A stretch of 39,605 nucleotides of DNA, from positions 44,956,452 to 44,996,056 of the forward strand of contig NC_068982.1 in the NCBI RefSeq assembly GCF_001194135.2, written 5' to 3'. Below are positions 1 to 10,421 of the stretch, piece by piece. Both the position numbers and the translations under genes were made by a program. Numbering within the stretch: the first letter of the stretch is position 1; every line of letters begins with the position of its first letter. Under the pieces are notes generated by a model. The model made no database searches, was not told where the DNA came from, and saw only the letters and a list, made by a program, of their open reading frames with translations. Source of the stretch: Octopus bimaculoides (Eukaryota).

Positions 1-180
1 GATAAATGTAACCACCCGACTTCGGGGATCGAGTAGACATTGCGCCTCATTCTTTTCATTATTGCATATTATCATTTTATTTTAATTACCCCGATTTTAT
101 GTTTGCGTTTTGTACTGTCTTTGTTTTATGATGTCTTAAAAAAAATTCTTTGTGTAGCCCTTTATGGGTAATAAAGAAAT
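1..180 (+). mobile_element. 3' end (3'UTR and tail) of ORF1-only Tx1/L1-like retroelement, cut by the window edge
   Basis: Aligns over 180 bp with 32245-32424 (about 90% identity by eye). Ends AGCCCTTTATGGGTAATAAAGAAAT and is joined directly to CGGTATTTCG of a SINE-A body. Confidence 0.85.
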
Positions 181-352
181 CGGTATTTCGCCTGTCGATA
201 CGTTCTGAGTTCAAATTCCGCTGAAGTCGACTTTGCCTTTCATCCTTTCGGTGTCGATAAAATAAGTACCAGTTAACACTGAGGTTGGTGTAATTGACTC
301 ATCTCCACCTCCCCCCAAGCTGCCCTTGTGGCAAAAATTTGAAATAATTATT
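181..352 (+). mobile_element. SINE-A 3' part (host of the upstream insertion)
   Basis: CGGTATTTCG...CGTTCTGAGTTCAAATTCCG (B-box)...GACTTTGCCTTTCATCCTTTCGG..GTCGATAAAATAAGTACCAG matches the other SINE-A copies. Confidence 0.85.
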
Positions 353-755
353 AAAAATATGTACACCAACTTGACTGAAAATTATGTACAAGCCTTCGAA
401 ATTATTTCAAATCAAACAACTAATTGATAGAATTGTCAGAGGTATTACGAGTCATTTTGTGGTATCTGTCCTCGCTCTTTACTTTTGGAGTTAAAATTAT
501 TCTCCACCTCACTGGAGACCCATCAGTAGTAAGCTGGGTGGCGGGGTGCGAGGCAGCGGTACTGAGTCCAGTGTAAAAAAAATGACAGTTTATGAAACTC
601 CCCTGAACTCACAAAATTTATATGATGAGATTTCATAAGAGCCCTCTGCATTTATATGAATACAGGAGTATTCATATTTTTCATTTTCATGAGGGTACAC
701 CGAGGGAAATCTTAATAAATAAAATTGTACTGCATGGATTAAAATCAGGTTAGTA

Positions 756-1361
756 CAGTAATCTCTCGCCATATCGCGGTTCACCTATCGCAATTTATTA
801 TTTAAGCTTACGTCGATTCCTCCGTGGTATTGTTTTGAATTTTATAATAAAATAAATATATACAAATTATAAAAATAGTTTTAAAAATATACAGCACAGT
901 CACTTGCGAAGCTGGGGTGGGGGCGCCACAGGCGGCACTTTTGGGTCTGCTATAGGTAATATGGTGGAGGCGTGTGGCCTAGTGGTTAGGATGTCAGCAC
1001 CATGATCGTAAGATTGTGGTTTCGATTCGTGGACCGGGCGACGCGTTGTGTTCTTGAGCAAAACACTTCATTTCACGTTGCTCCAGTCCACTCAGCTGGC
1101 AAAAATGAATGACGCTGCGATGGACTGGCGTCCCGTCCAGCTGGGGAACACACACGCCATTGAAACCGGGAAACCGGACCCATGAGCCTGGCTAGGCTTT
1201 AAAAGGGCGCATTTTAAAATTTATTATAGGCAATATGTGTTTTTTGTGGGGTCCGAAGTGGCAGCTATGCTAGTGAGTACAGTACTGTTTCTACTTCCCG
1301 AATTTTCACCTATCACGGGAGATTTTGGAACGTAATACCCGCGATAGTCGAGGGATTACTG
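756..1361. mobile_element. Tigger/pogo-like non-autonomous DNA transposon (MITE) interrupted by a SINE
   Basis: Terminal inverted repeats CAGTAATCTCTCGCCATATCGCGG (756-779) and CCGCGATAGTCGAGGGATTACTG (1339-1361). TA at 754-755, CA at 1362-1363 (decayed TA TSD). Confidence 0.75.
964..1224 (+). mobile_element. tRNA-derived SINE-B, tail type 1
   Basis: A-box TGGCCTAGTGG and B-box-like GTTTCGATTC. Core TTCTTGAGCAAAACACTTCATTTCACGTTGCTCCAGTCCACTCAGCTG. 13-bp TSD TATAGG(T/C)AATATG at 951-963 and 1225-1237. Confidence 0.85.
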
Positions 1362-1745
1362 CATATATCTTCATTGCTATTCGAATCCCTACATCTTAAT
1401 AACGTACCATTATGCTCTAAAGATAAACAGATGTAGAACTCAATAGATAATATGCAATAAAAAGATACTGAATGAAATCAATAATAAGTTACGATACTTC
1501 GCTAAAGTTCGTAAATAAATACAGTCTAAGAATAATACTTTTGCAGACCTACTCTTAAGCATTTGTAAGCATTCAAATAACATATGTACGTGCATATTCA
1601 TATATAAAAATTTTTTTATATACACTAATATATGCAAGTCCTCGCATTTTTATGTCCTTGCATTTCACAGGCACATACATATACATGTGTACTTATATAC
1701 ACAGACATGCACATACATATACACATTCATACACATACACACATA

Positions 1746-1747
<2 letters not shown>

Positions 1748-1789
<42 letters not shown>
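1748..1789. repeat. (AT)n microsatellite abutting a 10-N gap (1790-1799)
   Basis: Seen directly. Confidence 0.95.
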
Positions 1790-1946
1790 NNNNNNNNNNA
1801 TGTTTATATACCAAAAAAATTTTATAACATTTTTCTGACATATTTTAAATATATACTTTAACCATGTAACACAAGCCTTCTGTAGTTTTTTCACTCTTGT
1901 TTATCTTTTATACATCCAACCACGTGCTTTCACATACCAATTTTCT

Positions 1947-1968
1947 CACACACACACACACACACACA

Positions 1969-2007
<39 letters not shown>
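1947..2007. repeat. Compound (CA)n/(AT)n microsatellite
   Basis: Seen directly. Confidence 0.95.
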
Positions 2008-2009
<2 letters not shown>

Positions 2010-2600
2010 GTGCAAATATACATATGAATGTGAGCATATACATGCGTATGTATATATGTGTGTGTGTGTATATATACATGTATATATTTGTACATATACA
2101 TTCATAGGTGCATACAGACCTACGTATATAGACAGATATACAGACAGCTAGATAGATAGATGTTATATTTTAGAGTTGACATTTTAAAGACACCAGGTTT
2201 CTAGGCTACATCAAAAGGGCTCATTCGAAACAAACAGGTTGTATTACATTTCCACAACACATAATTTCACTTAAAAGTGTTTTCGTGTAGTGAATAATAG
2301 CCCTGACCTTTAAAGTCCTCCTTGTACTGGTGTTTTACATAACACGTTTGTCTATGTACGCTCGGGGTTCATTTTGAGCAGGCGATAGAACCTCCTTAAA
2401 TTTGTATATTCTCTGTGGTAAAATTAACGACATCCTCTCTTGCTTATCTTAACCGTGTCTTGTTACTGAAAGATTCTTCAATCTGCTCCAGCAATTTTAT
2501 AATTGCAGTGCAGATTTCGTTAACATATACTATGTTGGTTTCATTACTATATACGAGTTTTCTTTTCGTACAACATACTAAAAAAAAGCAAATAATTTGT

Positions 2601-2901
2601 AAGATACAGAAATTAATTTATTTCTCAAACGCGTGATAATGCTATAAATAGCGTGATCAGGATAAATTATCCATTTATTGCGGAAAAATACGTTACTGGC
2701 CAGCCATGAGACTCGAACTCACATCTCTGTGATTACGTGTCAAATGTTTTACCATTAAACTAAACTGCTCCACAGAGATGTGAGTTCGAGTCTCATGGCT
2801 GGCCAGTAACGTATTTTTCCGCAATAAATGGATAATTTATCCTGATCATGCTATTTATAGCATTATCACGCGTTTGAGAAATAAATTTATTTCTGTATCT
2901 T
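2601..2901. repeat. Long near-perfect inverted repeat (131-bp arms, 39-bp spacer)
   Basis: Arm 2601-2731 is the reverse complement of 2771-2901 with 2 mismatches. Confidence 0.95.
2698..2769 (-). pseudogene. tRNA-Thr(CGT)-like pseudogene or tRNA-derived repeat head
   Basis: Manual cloverleaf: D-stem GTTT/AAAC perfect; anticodon stem 4/5 with loop CACGTAA (A at position 33 is atypical); T-arm GTGAG-TTCGAGT-CTCAT; acceptor 5/7. A T5 run follows about 10 nt downstream. Confidence 0.65.
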
Positions 2902-3505
2902 TCAATACATCTCAACGCTTCTAAAAACAAACTTTCATCGTGCAGTTAACTTGTATTTCCATCTTCAGATTTTCTGCACGCATTCTCTGAAAGGAGTTGG
3001 GGGACAACTAGCGGGTTGCCATAGCGGTTGTTATTGAAAAATTCTGCTCCAGCATGGACATGAACAGAACTTGTAACTTGTTGAAGATCAAAAACATTTT
3101 CTATTTTTGGATTCGAAATACAAAACTAATAGCTGCCCTTCTGTCCACGAATTTCAGTATATTTCTAAATCAGTACACACATATATGCATACATACGTAC
3201 GTACGTACATACGTACATGCGTAAACGAAAGAACAAATCCGCATATACATTAGTAAGTACGTGAGTGTCCGTACACACTGTTAATACACGGGTATGCTAT
3301 CCTTGGTTCTACCCTAGTGTCCTTATTAAAATGCCTCGATTCTGTTGGATCACGCAAATAATTATGTGTGTATATTATGTGTGCATATGCATATGTGTAT
3401 GTGTGTTTAGTTCTTTCTTGGAACGGTGAAACCAGAAGCAGATAAAGCTATAGATAATAGCGTATAAATATTGAATTTAAAAAAACCCTTTTAGATAGAA
3501 AATTC

Positions 3506-3577
3506 GGAACTGCCTGTGAGACACGAACTCGTATCTTCTGTAAACAGGACAAAAGTCCTACAGTTTACTAAAGGTAT
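3506..3577 (-). pseudogene. Degenerate tRNA-like sequence (anticodon loop reads TGT, Thr-like)
   Basis: Minus strand has anticodon arm TTTGT-CCTGTTT-ACAGA and T-arm-like CGAG-TTCGTGT-CTCA. Resembles 2698-2769; D and acceptor stems are poor. Confidence 0.35.
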
Positions 3578-3769
3578 CCTTCGAATTTCGTATGACGTTA
3601 ACAATATGTGTGTGTGTGTATTCGAAGTTGAAAATTCACTATTTGTAAATTCTGGCTTGTAAGTGTTATTTTCTTTCTAGCCAGAACGAACGTATGCGAG
3701 AAACTTCGGAGTAGCGTAACGGAAATCATCAACTTCGAATGAACACACACACACACACACAAACACACA

Positions 3770-3930
3770 CAGGGCTGGCTCAAAGTACCGGCAACTCGGG
3801 CAGTCGCCCGGGGCACCATGTGCTAGGGGGCGCGAAGGAGGGTGTGACAAAGACAAGGAAATTTTCACGACCGTCATCTTGTACACGACCAAGTTCAGCT
3901 TGCCCGGGGCGCCAGCAACCCTAGCCCCTG
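3770..3930. mobile_element. Possible hAT-type GC-rich MITE inserted in a (CA)n tract
   Basis: Ends CAGGGCTGG and CTAGCCCCTG are imperfect TIRs; internal direct repeat GCCCGGGGC; 8-bp flanks match only partly. Confidence 0.4.
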
Positions 3931-4004
3931 CATACACACACGCACACATACACACACACACACACACACATGCACACACGTACACAGGCATACATGCATA
4001 AATA

Positions 4005-4690
4005 CAGGGTGTCCCAAAAGTCACTGACAGGTTTCAATTTTTAATTATTTCCTTAACTTCACAAATAAATGCGTGGAATTTTGATATAATATAAAGGACA
4101 TAATGGAAATTAATTTGCACAAGTCGAAATTTTGCGACACCACAAAATCACACATGAAAAATGACATCGCTTAAATGGCAGCCATTTTCGGCTTCGCACG
4201 CCCGTGCTCTTCCCAAAACTTGCACCATAACATCCTCAAGAGTTTCAGACCCTACTTCTCTGATTTCTCTATTGATGTTCTCTTTCAGTTGCACCAGGGT
4301 CTCCAGTTTGTTGACGTAAACCCTCTCTTTCAGATATCCCCACAAGAAAAATCCGGGTTTGTCAAATCTGGGTAACGTGAAAGCCGATTGATATTGCCCT
4401 AGTGGGAGATTATTCTCTCTCCAAAGCACTGCCGTAGCAACTGCATTGTTTCTCTTGCGGTATGAGCAGTTACCCCGTCTTGCCGGAATCATGTGTGAGG
4501 TCTACTTTGAATGGCCTTCACGTTCCTCAGATTTTTTTCTTGTGGGGATACCTGAAAGAGAAGATTTACATCAATAAACACACTAAAGACAAACTGGCCA
4601 TGACTTCCCACCCTCCGTTACAGCTGTCCATGCTACGTCATACAACCTTTATAGAGTTCACAGAGCACTGAGCAGTAGTCATGATGGTAT
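4005..4690 (-). mobile_element. Rearranged Tc1/mariner transposon remnant
   Basis: TA followed by terminus CAGGGTGTCCCAAAAGTCA at 4005. Minus-strand transposase C-terminus FFLWGYLKERVYVNK...LKENI...GCHLSDVIF (ORF 4148-4492). A second FFLWGYLKEKIY fragment lies on the plus strand at about 4510-4600. Confidence 0.8.
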
Positions 4691-4779
4691 TTTGATATTC
4701 GGCGCGAATCATCGTGATACAAGTAACTCTTTCCCAATATTCAGATACCTTCCAGTCTTCACTGAGTTGTCTAATATAC

Positions 4780-5110
4780 GTGAAGGTGAAGGCGCGTGGC
4801 TTAGTGGTTAGGGTATTAGGCTCGCGATCGTAAGGTTGTGAGCTCGATTTCTAGTAGTGCATCGTGTCCTTAAGCAAGACACTTTACTTCATGTTGCTCC
4901 AGTCCACTCAGCTAGCAGAAATGAATAGTAGCCTTGTCACCTTCTGTGTCACGCTGAATCTCCCTGGGAAATACGTAAGGGTTTCGCGTGTCTGTGGAGT
5001 GCTCAGACACTTGCACGTTAATTTCATGAGTTGGCTGTTCCAATGATCGGTTCAATTTGAACCTTCATCGCTCGTAACCGACGAAATGCCAGTTTTTTTT
5101 TGTTTTCTTT
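4780..5110 (+). mobile_element. tRNA-derived SINE-B, tail type 2
   Basis: A-box TGGCTTAGTGG and the same core as 964-1224. Different 3' half (GTCTGTGGAGTGCTCAG.CACTTGCACGTTAATTTCA). Perfect 13-bp TSD TTGTCTAATATAC at 4767-4779 and 5111-5123. Confidence 0.9.
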
Positions 5111-5544
5111 TTGTCTAATATACATATCAAAGATGTCAATGAAAACAGCCTTCCATATAAATGATTAACAAAGGGCATGTTTTGGTTATTCATGTCAGTG
5201 CCACATACAGACACAAGTTTAACTTTATCAGTAGTAATAAAAGGAAAATTTAAATTCTATTTGAATCCGAAGGAATATTTTTTTATTCTTCTATTCAGTA
5301 ATTCTCTAAAAGATTCATCTGAAACCAAATATCATGAGTTAGAAAGATCAAACTTAATTGTTACTATTAGGAAAATCCTAAGTTCAAGTAAGTAATTATT
5401 AAATAAAAATTTTTACGCAGCATTTAAAATTATACTTGATCTCATTTTATGGATGTAATTATCTTTCCACTTATATTACAGCTAAAACAAGAATTAAATG
5501 ATTATTAATATTAAAACCCGGAAAGAGTAGAGAAAACAGCATAA

Positions 5545-6160
5545 GGTGTTTGGTTAGCTATTACGTTCTGAGTTCAAATACTGCCAAGTTTGACTTGGCT
5601 TTTCATCTTTTCGGTGTCGATAAATCAAGTACCAGTTGAACAAATGAGATAGCTCCCGCACTCCCAAATTTCAGGCATTGTGCCTAAAGCAGAAAGAATT
5701 GAAAAGATAAGGTTTTTAAACCCCAAAACAGTGGAGAAATTCGTAAACGTTATTAGGTTAGTTATTTTACTGTCTCAGTAAGGTCGCGAGCTGACAGCAT
5801 CGTTAGCGCGCTGGATGAACTGTTTAGCGGTATTTCGCCCGTTGGTACGTTCTAAGTTCAAATTCCGCCGAGGTTGACTTTGTTTTTCATCCCCTTTTGG
5901 AGTCGATAAGTTAAGTAGCATAGCAGATGAGCACTGGGGACGATATAATCGACTCGAACTCTTCCCTGAGATTGCTAGCCTTGTGCCAAAATGTGAAATC
6001 ATTATTAGTTTCTGAGTTTAAATACCGCCGAGATCAACTTTGCTTTTCCTCCTTCCGGAACTGATAAAGTAAAATAACAGATTGAAATCGATTTAATTAT
6101 TGACTATTTATATCTTTATCCAAAATTTGAGGCTTCTGTCTATGTTAGAAATCTTTAATC
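5545..6160 (+). mobile_element. Cluster of three SINE-A copies (partial about 5545-5700, full about 5782-6006, partial about 6008-6160)
   Basis: Repeated GTTCTGAGTTCAAAT..CGCCGAGG..GACTTTG motif and tails. Confidence 0.75.
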
Positions 6161-6452
6161 ATTGTTCAATGAAGTGAAAAATTTGTAGAATTTAATCTTG
6201 TCCTAATAAGTTCTGGGCCCAGATCATTACAGATCCTCATCCATGTTTAAGAGTTGGAAGAAGGCAGTCTGAGTCAAATGCTTCTTTTGGCTGTCTCCAC
6301 ACGTATACTTGGCCGGTGGTCGGAAATAAGGTAAAGGATGACTCGTCCGAGAAAATAAGATTCTTCCACTGCTCTAGGGACCAATTCTGTAGGTTTTTAC
6401 TCCACTCTAAATGCTTTGCAACGTTTGTTTTTGAAAGTAGTGGTTTTCTGAT

Positions 6453-7315
6453 NNNNNNNNNNNNNNNNNNNNNNNNNNNNNNNNNNNNNNNNNNNNNNNN
6501 NNNNNNNNNNNNNNNNNNNNNNNNNNNNNNNNNNNNNNNNNNNNNNNNNNNNNNNNNNNNNNNNNNNNNNNNNNNNNNNNNNNNNNNNNNNNNNNNNNNN
6601 NNNNNNNNNNNNNNNNNNNNNNNNNNNNNNNNNNNNNNNNNNNNNNNNNNNNNNNNNNNNNNNNNNNNNNNNNNNNNNNNNNNNNNNNNNNNNNNNNNNN
6701 NNNNNNNNNNNNNNNNNNNNNNNNNNNNNNNNNNNNNNNNNNNNNNNNNNNNNNNNNNNNNNNNNNNNNNNNNNNNNNNNNNNNNNNNNNNNNNNNNNNN
6801 NNNNNNNNNNNNNNNNNNNNNNNNNNNNNNNNNNNNNNNNNNNNNNNNNNNNNNNNNNNNNNNNNNNNNNNNNNNNNNNNNNNNNNNNNNNNNNNNNNNN
6901 NNNNNNNNNNNNNNNNNNNNNNNNNNNNNNNNNNNNNNNNNNNNNNNNNNNNNNNNNNNNNNNNNNNNNNNNNNNNNNNNNNNNNNNNNNNNNNNNNNNN
7001 NNNNNNNNNNNNNNNNNNNNNNNNNNNNNNNNNNNNNNNNNNNNNNNNNNNNNNNNNNNNNNNNNNNNNNNNNNNNNNNNNNNNNNNNNNNNNNNNNNNN
7101 NNNNNNNNNNNNNNNNNNNNNNNNNNNNNNNNNNNNNNNNNNNNNNNNNNNNNNNNNNNNNNNNNNNNNNNNNNNNNNNNNNNNNNNNNNNNNNNNNNNN
7201 NNNNNNNNNNNNNNNNNNNNNNNNNNNNNNNNNNNNNNNNNNNNNNNNNNNNNNNNNNNNNNNNNNNNNNNNNNNNNNNNNNNNNNNNNNNNNNNNNNNN
7301 NNNNNNNNNNNNNNN
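6453..7315. other. Assembly gap
   Basis: N run. Other gaps: 1790-1799, 8339-8568, 15501-16340, 19793-20218, 23243-23337, 28514-28921, 35451-36076. Confidence 1.
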
Positions 7316-7364
7316 TATATATAGTTAGAATTTACAGAAAAATAGAAGACGAAGACAGGTGTAT

Positions 7365-7465
7365 TAGTTAAACGCTCGAGAAGGTGAGAAAGTCTTTTAC
7401 ATTTCGAGCCTATGCTCTTCAGCAGAAAGGAACTCGAGGAAATAAACAGAGAGAGAATAAAAAAA
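7365..7465 (-). mobile_element. Possible Penelope-like terminal repeat fragment
   Basis: Minus strand CTGAAGAGCATAGGCTCGAAATGT resembles the CTGA(A/T)GA...CGAAAC motif typical of Penelope-like element termini. No RT or GIY-YIG coding remnant seen. Confidence 0.3.
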
Positions 7466-7971
7466 GCTTTAGGGGCCAACGGTCAATCATGGCATGTGAG
7501 TATATGTATGTATAAATAATATATATATATATATATATGCACGCGAGCGTGCACTCTCACACACACATGTTGTACACAACACAGTTAGGGAATTAATGTA
7601 TATGTGAGGTATTAGTTTTTAATAAAACCACGATTCAGCTTCGCTATGTAAAGGAAACGGAAGTGGGTTCACTAGAGGAATTATGTCACCCTAGAAAAAA
7701 ATGATATCAATCTGTTTGGTGTCTGGTTTTGTCAAAGATTACACTTTCTCTCTCTTCCTCTCTCCCCCTTTCTCTCGTTCTCTCTCTTCCTCTCTCTCTC
7801 TCTCTCTCTCTTGGGCAATTAGTAGGTTGTAAGTAATTTTAGTCCATATTAACTTAGAGCTAAGCTGTATACATACACACACACACACAAGTATATGTGT
7901 ATATATAAATAATATATATCATATATGTATGTGTATATATGTAGATATATACAAATATATGTGTATGTTTA

Positions 7972-7975
<4 letters not shown>

Positions 7976-8012
<37 letters not shown>
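7976..8012. repeat. (TG)n microsatellite
   Basis: Seen directly. Others include (CT)n about 7745-7810, (CA)n 8569-8616, (TG)n 10800-10834, (AT)n 11394-11424 and 12085-12115, (TG)n 24266-24309, (AT)n 28922-28970 and 34776-34811. Confidence 0.95.
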
Positions 8013-8014
<2 letters not shown>

Positions 8015-8568
8015 TTATTTCATTAATAGTATATTACAAGAATTTTTTCATTTTTGAAATGTAATGTATGCTCTATTTGATAGACATGCAATTCTCCTCC
8101 TCCCCTCCCCCTCTCTCTGTCTGCTCTCAGTCGGAGTGCATGGCTTGAAACGTCAGCTCACTAACTCTTCGTGGGAATTAAACAGAACGGATTATTCTAT
8201 GACCTTACTTTGTGACTTTGAATTGAGGATATTGAAAATAAGTAGAAGAAGGAATTTATAAAAGCTGAAAGATCATTCAGTTAGGACAAGCTTTCTAGCA
8301 GCATTAGGCTGGAGAGATAGAAGCGGACAATACCCCCTNNNNNNNNNNNNNNNNNNNNNNNNNNNNNNNNNNNNNNNNNNNNNNNNNNNNNNNNNNNNNN
8401 NNNNNNNNNNNNNNNNNNNNNNNNNNNNNNNNNNNNNNNNNNNNNNNNNNNNNNNNNNNNNNNNNNNNNNNNNNNNNNNNNNNNNNNNNNNNNNNNNNNN
8501 NNNNNNNNNNNNNNNNNNNNNNNNNNNNNNNNNNNNNNNNNNNNNNNNNNNNNNNNNNNNNNNNNNNN

Positions 8569-8619
<51 letters not shown>

Positions 8620-8673
8620 CACAGACACACACACACTCACACACCTCACACACACATATAGATAGATATACCA

Positions 8674-8833
8674 CGGGCTTCTTTCAGTTTCCGCCTACCA
8701 AATTCACTCACAAGGCTTTGGTTGACCCGAGATTATTGTAGAAGATACTTCCTCAAGGTGCCATACGGCGGGACTGAACACGAAATCATGAGGTTAGGAA
8801 GGAAGCTCTTACCACACAGCCACGCCTGCGCCT
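8674..8833 (-). mobile_element. tRNA-derived SINE-C
   Basis: Minus strand reads GGCGCAGGCGTGGCTGTGTGGTAAG...GGCACCTTGAGGAAGTATCTTCTAC...AAAGCCTTGTGAGTG. Homologous to 11231 and 27395 copies. Confidence 0.8.
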
Positions 8834-10421
8834 ATACCGAAATTAAAAGAAAAAAAATCTCCTGCAGCAGCTAATTTACGTATGAAACAGACTACAGTTA
8901 TAAAATGGATAGCAGGGTGCAATATCTTGAATGTGGGAGAAACTGCAAGACATCAGGCGTATGTAACAAGGAGAGACGCTGAGATTTGGAGGTTTATTAT
9001 TGATCTGTGATATAAAGATGAAAGTCGTGGAGTCATCTGAATTACAAGATAGTACGTTTGTTTGAATCAAGATGCCGCTGTGAAAAAGTATATCTAAAAC
9101 TATGTTTGTGAACTTACTTTTGGTAATAATGAAACAAAAAAGGCATTGAAGTACTACCGTTCGGGTTGTTGAAAGAAGAATATGAATAGGAATGCGAGGA
9201 ACCTCTCCAAATGGAACCAACAGAGAAGCTAATTATCGCAGAGGCAGTCTATTTTCAGTATGCTTAGTTGGGCTATTACCAAATTGAGGGCAAAGAAGGC
9301 ATTAGGTTCATCAAAAGTGACGAGGTGTTGATATGCTGAAAGCAAAAGGGTACGTATCTCATATTACAAATAATAACAACAACAAATAAGTTTACTTACT
9401 AAGCGATGCCAACAGCATGAAAAATGTTAACATATATGTATAGTGAGTATCAAAAGTCTAATTAGAAATAGCAATGCAATGAAGGGAAAGACAGTTTTAG
9501 CTCAATGACTATTATTATCTTAAGCATTTCCGCAAATATGGGAGACAACTGCGAACGTGTTTCAGTTTTAGTAATGTCATCATTGAAGCTTAGGCGGCAC
9601 TACTGTACTCTCTTCGGTAATGGGAGAATCATTGAGTAGATGTACAATATTGTACACAAATAGAAATGAAAATGTGAGCATTTTTTAAAAAAATAACTCA
9701 CTAAAGTTAATTACTCAGTGACGCCATACATATGAAAGACAATAGTTAAGTTAGTACTAATGTATTTAATGTATTGAGTATCAAAAGTTAAACGAGAAAT
9801 ACGGTGAAGTAAAGACATGCTGGTTGCTGTCAAAGCTTTGCTGTTTAGCTTCAACCTAGCTGTGATTGGTGCAAAACTATGATGACTTTTATTTTTACTT
9901 GTTGAGTCTGGAGGAAGGTGCATTGGCCATGTCCTTTGCAAATGCTCTGAGACTTGTGTACCCTGGCGGTACACACTTTTACAACGCTTCTGATGGTTAC
10001 TATTTTCTCTTGTGATTAAAAGATAAGAAAATGTGAGAGCTTTTTTTTCTTCTCTGTCTCTCTCTGCTTGCACAAACCATGGACGTCACCCCTATGAACG
10101 TGTTCCAGTTACTCTCTTGATAAAGCTTAGTGATCCTGACCTGTGAGAGTTAACTGGGCATAAAAAAAACATCAACTGATTATGTATGCAGGAGAGATGT
10201 CTGATGTAGTGCAGTGACGGATCTCGGGACGTTAGTTCAGAGTAAATGACAAAAACCCGAAATAATTGATGATGATGATGATATGAGCATTACATATATG
10301 TATCTATACATAAAACATACATGTGTGTGTATATATATGTGTTTGAGTATGTGAGTGTGTATGTGTGTGTATACATACATACGCACACATATGTATCTGT
10401 ATATGTATGTATACACTAGTG

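Noticed and set aside
1-352. Segmental duplication as the explanation for similarity to 32245-32575
   Set aside because: Similarity ends within the SINE; the host SINE tails and downstream flanks differ.
1632-2105. ORFs rich in YI, HT or CV repeats (also about 10237-11081 and 17274-17684)
   Set aside because: These are translations of (AT)n, (CA)n and (TG)n microsatellites.
2698-2769. Functional tRNA gene
   Set aside because: A at position 33, two acceptor-stem mismatches and a 5' flank replaced by the inverted duplication; kept as a pseudogene.
6316-7479. Long ORFs spanning N-gaps (also about 8273-8674, 15372-16482, 19641-20424, 23155-23481, 28461-29030, 35265-36320)
   Set aside because: Their length comes from N codons, and the real parts are SINE or microsatellite translations.
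7820-7831. 12-nt match to let-7 (TAGTAGGTTGTA)
   Set aside because: The 5' seed TGAGG is absent and no precursor hairpin is evident.
8876-9220. 114-aa minus-strand ORF
   Set aside because: No recognisable motif or convincing splice context in any frame I translated.
9711-10073. 120-aa minus-strand ORF with a nearby pyrimidine tract
   Set aside because: No recognisable domain in the frames I translated, so it cannot be supported as an exon.
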